From: Eledone cirrhosa
Taxonomy: Eukaryota
Assembly: GCA_964016885.1 (NCBI GenBank)
Contig: OZ024742.1
Coordinates: 251,038,001 to 251,102,000 of the forward strand
DNA: 64,000 nucleotides
Direction: 5' to 3'
Within the stretch, counting starts at the first letter, position 1, and every line of letters starts with the position of its first letter. The position numbers were made by a program, and so were the translations under genes. Below are positions 35,929 through 46,914 of the stretch, piece after piece. Under the pieces are notes generated by a model. It did no database searches, was not told the origin of the DNA, and was given only the letters and a program-made list of their open reading frames with translations.

Positions 35929-38900
35929 TGTTTCTTTATTTGCCACAAGAGCACACAACAAATGGGACATTACAGGATGTATGGTTGGGATTATACATTT
36001 AAGCGTGTAAAAAAAGTTTTAACAGTTATAAAATATTAAATAACAATTGAAATCCCCAATAGGGGGAACGTTACAATTGGGTTGTTTTACACCCCCGTAG
36101 ATAGAATAACCCTCAACTCCAGGAGCATCTTTTGTAAGTGCTTCTGTCTTCTTTCTTTTGTCTTCTTCAATCTACAGGTTTATATACAGAGAAGGCCCAA
36201 TCACTCGGGCCATTTTCTCCACATTCACTCACCTTTCAGCAAATTTACTGGGGTGCAGCACCTCTCTCTCCACTCTCATTTTCCTTCTGAAGTGGTATTT
36301 AAAGAAGAGAATGAGTTGCTGTCCAAAGAGGAAGGTGTCTGTCCTCAGTCCTTTTAATCTCGTCCACCATATTACTTCTTTCGCCGAGGCCACCAGACAA
36401 AGGAAAACCGCCTCTCCTTCATTTTTAAATGAAGGCGGTGGTGTGATTCTCACGATGGACTCGGCTGTCAACTGGATTTGTCACACACCTGACAGTCACT
36501 GTTCGACATAGTTCCACCAGTCGGCCATCCCCGGACACTGTACAATTGCGTGCAGAACTGTTCCAATGTCCTGCTCGCATCTTGGACAGGTCCTTTTGGC
36601 AGGATCCCTGTCAGGGCATCTGTACCTGTAAATCTTGTCTCAAACTGGTAGAGCTTCTTGGTAGTACTGCTAGACCAGAGACCTCTGGAAGTTATTCATA
36701 GGTCCTGGATGGAAAGTACTCCCGAACAGACTGGCCAGTTTGTCCTCTTTGACGCCGAGAGTCTCTTCGAGAATGTTGTCGCTCTCATCCTCCACTAACC
36801 CTCTATATAATGTTGACATGGAGTCGTTGCTGATTACTGTGCCTGCCTGATAGAGGACTGTGAGTGCCTGAAGGCACTCGATGTGCCAAGCGCCTATTTT
36901 CGGTCTTCGCTTGACCCAATATTGCAGGTCAGTTAGCGAGACGAGTTGCTGAAAAGCTTGTCTCACAAGTCAGGAATATCTGGAGATGGCATAGCCTCAG
37001 CGCGTGTTTGCGCATCATCAGCCACGGCAGGCTCAGCCATCCGTTAGAAGGGTGTTGGCTGCAGATGGATCTCCTCACCAATGGAGCCTGTTTCTTCCAA
37101 AAGAACTTGAAGAGTAGGCGTTCTATTTTCGCGAGATGATCATGGGGACAAGGCACGACTGTCAAGCGGTAGTAGATGATGGATGCTATGTAAGTGTTCG
37201 CCCTCTCTGCTTGACCTTTTAAGGAGAGTTTGCACTCAGCCCACTCCTGGGTGAACTCAAATACCTTCGCCGTGACCTTGTTCCAGTTTTTCTCCGCCAG
37301 GAGGTCTGGACCGAACCAGACCCTGAGCAATTTCACCGGCCCTTCTGTCCAGTGTCCAACAACGCTGTCAGGCGGCATCAGTTTTGTCGCTCCATGTGCT
37401 GAGTTGTCCGGCTTCAGTTTTGCTCCCGCTTCGTTTTTCGTATTCCTCTAGTAAGTTGCCGATCACCGAGATTTCCGAGGTTTTCAACACCATTACGGTC
37501 ACATCATCAGCATAAGCCGTCATTGCTTTTCACAGTGTCTTGGATCCATCATGATGCCCTGCAACAGCTTCAACTACTGAAGTAGTGGTTCGAGAGTCAG
37601 TACATACAGAATGGAGAAGAGAGGGCATCCCTGGTGGATGAAACGCAGGATTTAAAATGGTTCCGATAGGTAGCCATTCACCTGAAGATGGGTCCAAAGC
37701 TGGCTGCCTTGAGAACCGCATCCAAGTATTGATGGTCAACCCTATCGAATGTCTTAGATTGATCTAAATTGATCAGAGCCCCACCGAAGCCAGGTTTACA
37801 CCCTATCCTCTCTATGATGTATTACATGAGGCGGAGGTTGTTATGTATGTACCTGGTCAGGATTGCACACATTTGTGCTTGCCCCACGAGGCTCTCGACG
37901 ACAAGTGCCAGCCTTGTTGCTAACACCTTGGCCAAAATATTCAACTCTGTGTTGAGCAGAGTTATGGGCTTGAAATTGCTTATGCTGTCCCCTTTGTCCT
38001 TGTCTTTCCTGGTCAGTGTTACTACGCCCCGACTTACAGAATACAGTAATTTCCGGTCGTGTGTTGATACGAAATCCATTTCCCTCGACTGTTATAATGT
38101 GCAGCGTCCTTCAGGTACTGTGCTTTATTTGATACTAGCAGCAGTACCCAGCGTTGCCTGGGTAGCTAAAATAATATCTGCTTTGATGAAAAGTTGTTGA
38201 TCTTAGCGACTGCTTCTCGATGACTCATCTATGGCCACACACAGGCCATGCGGCGGAGGGTGGTGATTACCGCTATCACTGAGAAACGCCGGTGACTGAC
38301 GAAGGGGCATGCTGGGGGAGGGAGTTTCGAATTTGAACGAAATCGGTTGAAAAATGTGGGAGCTAGAGCCGAAAAGGCGGAAATTTGAGCCAAAAGGTGG
38401 TATTTTCGACTATTTAAGCGGCTGCGACGCCGTTCCTGAACAAAAAATCCCAAATGTAAAGCCACTTTAAGACGTGAAATAATCAGATCTAGCGTAGTGT
38501 AAAATTTGAACAAAATAGGTTGATTAATGTGGGAGCTAGAGCCGAAAAAGTGGAAATTTGGGTCTAAAAGCGGTATTTTTGAATATTTAAGCAGCTGCCA
38601 CGCCGTCCCTGAACAACAAATGCAGGATGTGCAATGATAAATTCTATTTTGCTTTAAAATTTGAACGAAATCAGTGGTAAAATGTGGGAGCTAGAGCCCA
38701 AAATCTTATTTTTCGATACCTAAAAAAAGGTGACCCCCCCTATTGATTTTTATCTGCAGAATGACCCTGGAATAAAAAAAAAACGATACGCTGATATATA
38801 GAAAACACTCCCGATGACTAATCCATGAGCCTATAAAGTTTCATGAAAATCGATCGTAAGATGTAGGCTCCTATAGGTAATACACAGACACACACACACA

Positions 38901-39506
38901 TACTTAATTTTATATATATACAGATGTCTATTTCTATGAATTCCGTCTCCTTGGCAACTGTCGCTACAAATTTTTTTTTTTGTATGTTTTGGGTTTTTAT
39001 TGTCACTTGTGCTGTTGTTGTTTTTATTGTTATTATCATTTGGTCGTTATTTTTATTGTTGTTGGTGTTGTTGTTTTTCACTTGATTTGCGTTCATGTTG
39101 TTGTTGTTGTTTTCGTTTGTGGCATTTGTCTTTGTGTTGTTTTTTCCAGCTGTTGAGTTGCTGTTATTGATTTCCGTAATATCTTCATTATTAAAAGTTT
39201 TCATGCGATTGTCTGTTGACACTGTTGTCATAGTGACATACGGCATAGCCATAATGTTTTCTTTTACACTCTCTTGTCCAGGAGCATTCTGACACTTAAA
39301 TTTTACAGATAATATTTTTTCAATTTTACAAAATTTCCAAGCAAATTCTCGCCCCTAAGGGCTTGAAAATTAGAGAAACCAACCACCTGGAACCTCACGT
39401 GGTTGGTTTATCTTTAAAACAATGTAAAATAAAATTTACAAATATCTGATTTTCTGGTAGAAGATTAAGCAAGAACTCACCAGCGAGCTGTCACACGTCT
39501 ACCCAT
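35928..39506 (-). mobile_element. Tx1-clade LINE copy D1: both ends present, large internal deletion (ORF1 fused to RT at ~38040), Helitron inserted in ORF1
   Basis: ORF2 pieces 36172-38040; ORF1 N-terminus 38925-39290 and 38041-38134; 5'-end motifs shared with other full-length copies. Confidence 0.88.
38135..38924 (-). mobile_element. non-autonomous Helitron with internal ~160-180-bp tandem repeats
   Basis: Minus strand begins A|TCTGTATATATATAAAA and ends with hairpin TACCCAG-GCAACG-CTGGGTA then CTAG|T. No TSD. Flanks rejoin in frame as Tx1 ORF1 (EIDI/SNKAQYL). Confidence 0.88.
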
Positions 39507-39554
39507 AAAGATTGATAGATATGTTTCTTTATTGATTGGTAGATTAGATAGATA

Positions 39555-42500
39555 TATTTCTTTATTTACCATAAAGGCATAACAAGAAGGGACAAATACA
39601 AAGGGGGAGTTTACATACAATCGAGTAAAAAGGGTATAAAATGAAAATAATCGAAAACAACCTCAAAAGGGAGGGGACGTGTGCAATCCTTTTCCCGGGG
39701 AGCACATGGAGAAGGTGCTCCCCTCTCCTTCACTTCTTTACCTACAGGATGGTATACAGAGAAGGCCCATTTACACGAGCCATTCTCGCCACTATCACCC
39801 ACCTTTCATAAAACTGCCTGTGGCCAAGCACCTCTCTCTCCATTCTTATCCTTCTTCCGAAGTGATATCGGAAGAAGTAGACCAGACTATGGCCAGAGAG
39901 GAAGTTGCCTGACCTCAGACCTTTCAATCGTGTCCACCAAACAACCTCTTTCAACATGGCTATTACGCACAGAAAAACCGCCTTTGCTTCCTTTGTGAAG
40001 AGGGGAGGCGGTTTGATTGTCATCACGGAATCGGCGGTCAATTGAATCGGCGCCACCCGCGACAGCAGTCGTTCGGCGTAGCCCCACAGATCAGCCACGC
40101 CCGGACATTGCACCAATGCGTGCGCAACGGTTTCTTCGTGACGCACGCATCTAGGGCAAATCTTTTTTGAGGGATCCCTGCCCAGGCGCCCGTGTCTGTA
40201 GAGCCTCTCTCGAACGGGTAGAGCCCCCCGGTAGCACTGCCAGGCTAGTGACTTCTGGAAGTTGTCCATTGGTCCCGGGCCGAAAGTCCTACCGAACAGG
40301 CTGGCCAATTCGTCCTCTTCCATGTCCAGCGACTCTCCAAGGGTGTCATCGCCCCTGCTAGCCACCAGCCCTCTATAGAATGATGAGGTGGATTCTCCAC
40401 CGATGGCCTGGCCCGCTTGCCAGAGAGCCCTGAGCGCCTGAGCACACTCAGTGTGCTAGTCTCCCAGTTTTCCGGATCTATGCTTGACCCAGGACTGCAG
40501 CTCGGTGAGTGAGACGAGTCTCGGAAAGGCTCGTTTCACGAACGGAGCCCACACCGGTTGACCAGTGAGGAATACCTGTAGGTGCCGTAGCCTTAATGCG
40601 TGCCTACGCATCATCAACCACGGCATCCCCAGCCCTCCTTTCGAAGGTTGTTGGCAGCAGATGGATCTTCTCACCATAGGAGGGCGCTTCTTCCAAAGAA
40701 ATTGGAAGAGCATGCGTTCCATGGTGGTGAGTGTTTCCTTAGGGCAAGGCACGACAGTCAGGCGGTAGTAAGTGACGGACGCTATGTAAATGTTCGCCAC
40801 CTCCGCCCGGCCTTTTAGGGACAGCTTACACTTGGCCCATTTCTGGGTTAGTGCAAACACCTTGTTCGTAACCTCGTCCCAGTTCTTTTCCACCTGGAGG
40901 CCCGGTCCAAACCAGACCCCAAGCAACTTTACCGAGCCCTCCGTCCAGTGTCCGACGACACCGTCGGGAGGCATCGGTCTGCTTCTCCACGTTCCGAGTT
41001 GCAGCCCGATGGATTTTTCCCGCTTCAATTTCGCTCCTGACAACCTTTCGTAATCCTCCAGTAAGGTACCGATCGCCTCGATTTCCGAGTCGGTCGATAC
41101 CATTACTGTTACGTCATCGGCGTAGGCCGACACCGCTTTGCTCAATCCTGGTTCCAGGGGGATACCCTGCAACAACTCTAACTTCCTCAGTAAAGGCTCG
41201 AGAGTCAATACGTACAGAAGGGAGGAGAGAGGGCACCCCTGTCGAATGGATCGTGTGATTTCGAACGGCTTCGAAAGGTAGCCGTTCACCTTGATCCTAG
41301 AACAGATGTGGTTGCTATGTAAGGCAGTGATCCAGCCTCTGAAAACAGGACCGAACCCAGCCGCCGCTAGCACCGCATCCAGGTAACCATAGTCGACCCT
41401 ATCGAAGGCCTTAGACTGATCCAAGTTGATCAGGGCCCTACCGAAGCCGGGTTTGTTGCCAACTCTCTCTATGATGTATCGCATGAGGTGGAGGTTATCG
41501 TGAATGGACCTGGATGGGATAGCACATGTCTGCGCATCTCCCACCAGGCTACCCACGACAAGCGCCAACCTCTTTGCTAACACCTTGGCCAAAATCTTTA
41601 ACTCTGTGTTTAGCAGGGTTATGGGCCGAAAATTATTTATACTATCCCCCTTGTTCTCGTCCTTCCTCACCAGCGAGACTACGCCCTTGGCTACAGAACA
41701 AGGAATTCTCCCGTTCTGCTGCAAATTCCAGTAGACCGCTTCGAGGAGTTCGGAGAAGAAGACCGGCATTGCTAAATAAAGTTCGTAAGGTATACCATCG
41801 AGACCTGGAGATTTGCGTCTGCTGCATTGGCTCAGCGCATCTCCGATCTCATCAGCCGAGATTGGTCCCTCGCAGGACTCTGCCTCTTCGCTCGAGAGAT
41901 GCGGCAGGCCGTCGAGATATGGACCGAAATCCACGTCCCCGCCCGGACCCTCGCCTCCCCCGAATAATCGGGCAAAGTGCCTTTGAAAGGCCTCGCACAT
42001 CTGCTTAGGCTCCCGGATCACCCGTCCATCCTCGTCTTGCAACGACCGGATGGTGGATCGATTTCCACTCTTAGCTTCTGTCACGCGGGCCCAGCCAACG
42101 GCTTTGGCCCCCTCATTACCTAGAGCACGTATTTTACTTCGAATGACGCAGCCTTCGTGCTTTGCATCGAAAAACTGGTTCAAGGCCGTCCTCGATGCCA
42201 GCACTCTGGCCACATCTTCGCTCTTGATTGCCTCTTCTAATTTACCTGTTAATTCTTTCTCGTTTCTATTCCTATCGGCAGCTAACATCTTGCTATAACT
42301 TATTGATTCTGTTCTAATCTCTCTTTTGAGAGATGCCCACCATCGGTTGTTGACGATTGCACCCGTCAACCTCTCCTTAACTAATCTGCTAATCCGGTTT
42401 CTGTAAGTCTTTTTTGCCGGTAAAGACAAATTTAGTTTCCAGTAACCGGGACCCTGTTTATGTGTTTTCTCGAGATTGACTACGCAGGTCACTAATTTGT

Positions 42501-45445
42501 GATCCGTATAGCCAACCGTGCGCATTTCTGGACAGCTTAATATGTCCCTATCCTTACTTCTAACTAAGAATCTATCTAAGTACGATCTAGATTGACCACT
42601 GTGGTTTCTCCAAGTCCAGGTAGGCACAGTTGGAAAGTCTAGTCGATATCTATCGACCAAGTTAAAACGGTCGAGTAACCCCTTGAGGCTGTTACACCCC
42701 CCCCCCTCTATTAGGACATGCTCCTGCATAGTCCCAACGTGCATCTAGGATGTCATTCCAATCCCCCGCTAGAAGCAGGGAACGCGACGTTCCCAGAAAA
42801 GTCTCCAAACGCTGGAAGAAGTCGGGCCGTTCAGCTCCGAAAGGGGAGTAGACGGCGACCAGTCTCAAGGCTGCACCTTCACTACTGCCAACGTCTAGCA
42901 CCAACAAACGACCCTCCGGGTCCTAGTGAACAACCTGTACGGCAAGACCCAGGTGTTTTTGCAGCAGTACGACAACCCCACCCCCACCTCCAGGTTGACA
43001 GAGAGATGCATGCACCTCAAAGTCATCGAAGGTAGGGGCTAGCTGCCGCACGACGCTGATCCGAGTCTCACAGATAACCATTACATTTATACCTCATGAC
43101 CTGAGGTCATTTAGAAGCTTTGCTTGCTTCCAAGTTGAGCCCAGGCCATGTGCATTCAAACATCCTACTCTTAACACATCCATGTGGGCGGCAGAGCCAA
43201 AGGAGAGTGTAGAGACCTACCTTTCTGCTTCCCGGGGTTCGGGTCGCACGACTTCCATGGGGTCGGGGGTGTTGGGTGAAGGGGTGTCTTGTGGTGGTGT
43301 GGGGTCGTCAGTGTGTGGTGGGGTTGGGGTGTTTGGAGTTGTGTTGGGGAGGGGAAGGGGAGGGGGAAAGCTTTTTAGTAGGACGCGGTTTATGGGTTTG
43401 ACAGAGGGTGGTCCTACGTCCTCCTTAAAATCCTTTTTTAGTTTTTGGTAGAGGTTCATTGGGATCTTTATTAATTTTAAATGTGGGTAGTTTTCTGAAG
43501 AAACAAAGTTTACACCTTCGGTTTGTACCGAAGGATTATTGTTTATGAGTTCATTTAATTTATTATTGTTTCTGTTGATGTAAGTATAGTGTAATGTCTT
43601 TTTTTCGGAGGGTGTGAGTGTTTCGAAGAGGGGAGGGGCAGGTTTGGTTTTGTTTGTTGCTGGAGGGATGTTTTGTGTTTTGTTGGATTGTGTTGACATT
43701 TGGGTGGGGGTTGTTTGGCCTTGTGTGTTTTGCACATGTTTTCTTTTTTTCCTTTTAATCTGTCTGAAGGACTCCGTTTCTTCCTCCGAATTCGTTGGGT
43801 TATCTTCAGTGTTGGAGGGAAGAGGTATGTTTGCTGGTAATGTTTCCGTGTTGGTTTTCTTTGTGGGGGAGATGGATGTCACTATGTTAGACTGTGTTGT
43901 GTGTTGTGGCTGCGGTGGTTGTGTTGTTTTATTGAGTGAGGGGTTGGGTGGGCCTGTATTTTGTTTTGGGGTAATGTGTTGTGACTGTTTGTGTTGCGGT
44001 GGTGGTGTAGTTTTACTGAGGGACGGGTTGGGTGGGACTGAGTTTTGTTGTTTGTTTATCTGTTGTGGTGGTGGTGGTGGAACTGGTGTTGGTAGCAGGG
44101 TTTTCTTTTTGTTGAGTTGGGGACAAGCGGCCTTCAGGTGCCCTCTGCCTGCACAGATATGACAGGACGGCCTTCTCCCCTCCACGCTAATGTTTATATA
44201 CCCGTGGCCCTCTAATAGGATTCTGTCGGGTATTTGGGCGATGCGTTCAGGCTTCATTTGCACTACCAGCTCTATACCTGTTCCGCTGAACGCATTGCCT
44301 GTGGTTTTCCCAATGGAAATCACGTTGTCATTCACTGGATCGATGAAGCCAGCTATGAGCCAGCAGTAGTCCACATCTGGTATCATTGCATCCAGCTATA
44401 TGCGTTGAGTTCTTTTACCCATATAAGATGGATAAAAGGTAAAATTTTTCGAACGAATCGGTGACAAAGCACATTTTTTTGCCGCCGATTCGTTCTTCAT
44501 AATAATCGCTAGGCTTCCATACAGTCTGTCTTTTCTTATGAAAGTGGTTTCATTAAGTACTTCTGTAAGTACTGTTTTGATTTCTGTTTGAGTTGGCTGT
44601 TCAGGTTTTTTTGAAGTGTTGTTGATGGTGCGGAACACGACCGTTCGACTTTCAATGTCTTTGGTGAGTTCTTGAGACATTTTTACCGATAAAATACCAT
44701 TCTCTCCTTCACTTATGTATTGTTTGGCGTCTGTGATTCTTTGTGCCACATCTGAAATATTTTCAGGTATATATGTCAAAGATTTCTTTGTTGTTTGTGC
44801 AAATGAAATCTTGTTGGTGTTGACTTTGTCGTCTGCTTTGCTTTCTGTTATGATGTTGTTTTCAAATGTTATTTTTGTGTTTGTTGTGTCTTTGTTTGTG
44901 GTATTAATATTGTCATGCAATTTTTCAAATTTTTTTTTTTTCGTTGTTGGAATCCATGTCCAGATTTGTGTTTTCGTCATTTTTCTCCGCAGATTCGTCT
45001 GTTTTTATTTTATTTTTTCCTTCCTTCTCTATGACGTTAGTTGGGAAGGAAGGGGGGACTAAAGCGTGCGAGATTACAACTCTTACCGTTGTCCCCCCAC
45101 CACTATTTTCGTTAGCTTCGTTTAACATTTCTGTCAGACGATTGAAATTTTTTTTGCCACAAAATTTTTAAAAACAGGTTTTTCACCCCTAAGAGGGGTA
45201 AAGATGAGCTGACCCACCGCCTGACAGTTCAGACGGGGGGTCAAGCTACACAATAGTATCAAAATTAAACAAAATTTTTAAAAACAGGTTTTTCACCCCT
45301 AAGAGGGGTAAAGATGAGCTGACCCACCGCCTGACAGTTCAGATGGGGGGTCAAGCTACACAATAGTATCAAAATTAAATTTGAACTTACAAAATTTCCG
45401 CAATAAATTTGAACAAAACTTCTGCGCGAAGTGAATTACATCTAC
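39555..45445 (-). mobile_element. Tx1-clade LINE copy E1, full length (ORF1 ~45128-43217, ORF2 43183-39742 with a few stops/frameshifts)
   Basis: ORF1 knuckle CHICAGRGHLKAAC; 762-aa ORF2 segment with RT motifs incl. AYADD; ends ..RVNGPSLYTIL*; GATA tracts on both sides. Confidence 0.94.
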
Positions 45446-45477
45446 GCTGTAGAACAGACGACAGCTAGATTAATTTG

Positions 45478-45509
45478 GTAGATTAGATAGATAGATAGAT
45501 AGATAGATG

Positions 45510-45603
<94 letters not shown>
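45478..45603. repeat. (GATA)n tract, longest inter-element spacer (others at ~16513, 22212, 27941, 28672-28733, 34322, 34962-35030, 35869-35927, 39510-39555, 45857)
   Basis: Directly visible. Confidence 0.97.
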
Positions 45604-45604
<1 letters not shown>

Positions 45605-45857
45605 TTCTTTATTAGCCACAAGGGCGCAACAAGAAAAGGGGACAATACAAAGACATGCCGGGGATTTTACATACAGTCGTGTAAAAAATATAAAAACAAA
45701 CAATTTCAACAATCGAAATCCCCAATAGGGGGGAGGCGCCACAAATGGGTTGTTTAATACCCCGTCGATAGAACAACCCTCAACTCCAGGAGCGTGTTGT
45801 GCAAGTGTTCCTTTCTTCCTTTTGCCTTTTGCTCTCTTCCTCAACCTACAGGCTTAT
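45604..45857 (-). mobile_element. Tx1-clade LINE copy C4 (3' UTR only)
   Basis: Near-identical to C2 28734-28980; GATA on both sides. Confidence 0.92.
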
Positions 45858-45895
45858 AGATAGATATATAGATAGACAGATAGATAGATAGATAG

Positions 45896-45949
<54 letters not shown>

Positions 45950-45984
45950 GAGAGAGAGAGGGAGAGAGAGAGAAAGAGAAGTAG

Positions 45985-46285
45985 AACCAAGCCATTGTAA
46001 ACATTTTTTCACGCTCAGAGTTGCTGAAGTATGGAACAAACTGCCTGCGTCAGTTGTTAGCTGTCGAGACACTGCATCCTTTAAAACCCTCATGCTTCCC
46101 GAAATTCGCCAAAACTACACCTGATGTACCCCTTCCATACACATGCACACATGTGTGTATCATGACTCATGCACTGTTCATTTTTCTGACGTTTGTACAT
46201 TACCCTATGTACTATACATACACTTTTTGATGAGTTGTAGTGCACCTGAGCACTGTACACAATAGTTCATTATTATTATTATATG
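45985..46285 (+). mobile_element. CR1-clade LINE 3' end with (ATT)n tail
   Basis: Translates KHFFTLRVAEVWNKLPASVV; second copy at 54335-54897 on the minus strand. Confidence 0.85.
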
Positions 46286-46571
46286 TTTGATAATAATTAA
46301 AGAAAATGTGGAAGAAAATCATTGTAGTTGATTTTAAAAAATGGAAAAAGAAATACGATTGTCGGAGTGACATTAGGGAGAAGGTCCTGGATAATTGAAG
46401 ATACAATTATCTTTACATAGAATAATGTAGAAGCTAAATCCTAGTTCTAGTCTATTATAAGTTGAGCCAACTTACGCAGCTTCATATGCAAATGAGATTA
46501 ATCACCTCATTTACACAGACGAGAAAACCATATATTCTCGCCTGTTTTCAAGTCCAGCAGTCGCAAGTGTG

Positions 46572-46630
46572 GGAGGGATCGTCCTGATGAGTACCAGTTA
46601 AGTTCGAAATGCATTGATGGTTGTCCCCCT
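46572..46630 (+). ncRNA. type I hammerhead ribozyme motif
   Basis: atcgtc CTGATGA gtac-cagttaa-gttc GAA ATGCAT T gatggt: intact core, palindromic stem III, stem I 6 bp with G-U pairs and extendable (aggg/ccct). Confidence 0.72.
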
Positions 46631-46914
46631 TGATTTTGCTGGACACCACCAGAGGGTGATAGCCCCGGTGTTTTGCATAGCTACGGCTTTCTAAATGTTT
46701 ATCCATAAAAATACCGTATTTCTTTAGAAATACGAAATTTCAATACATATCTGTAAACAGCTATGCATAAAGCTAAATCCTAATTCTATTAAATTAAATA
46801 TTTTTCACTGTAAACCTCATTATTTTTATGGTTACTATGCTAGTATCATCATCATCACCATCATTACAGTTTAATGTTTATTTTCATACTTGCATGGGTT
46901 TGACGAGTAGTCCA

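Noticed and set aside
28253-35954. ORFs containing (YLSI)n that join adjacent elements
   Set aside because: Chance read-through of stop-free (TATC)n spacers between independent insertions.
15300-45200. Numerous plus-strand ORFs within the array
   Set aside because: Antisense shadows of Tx1 ORF1/ORF2.
45604-45857. C4 as a retrotransposed spliced product
   Set aside because: It retains ~10 nt upstream of the acceptor, so it is an ordinary 5' truncation.
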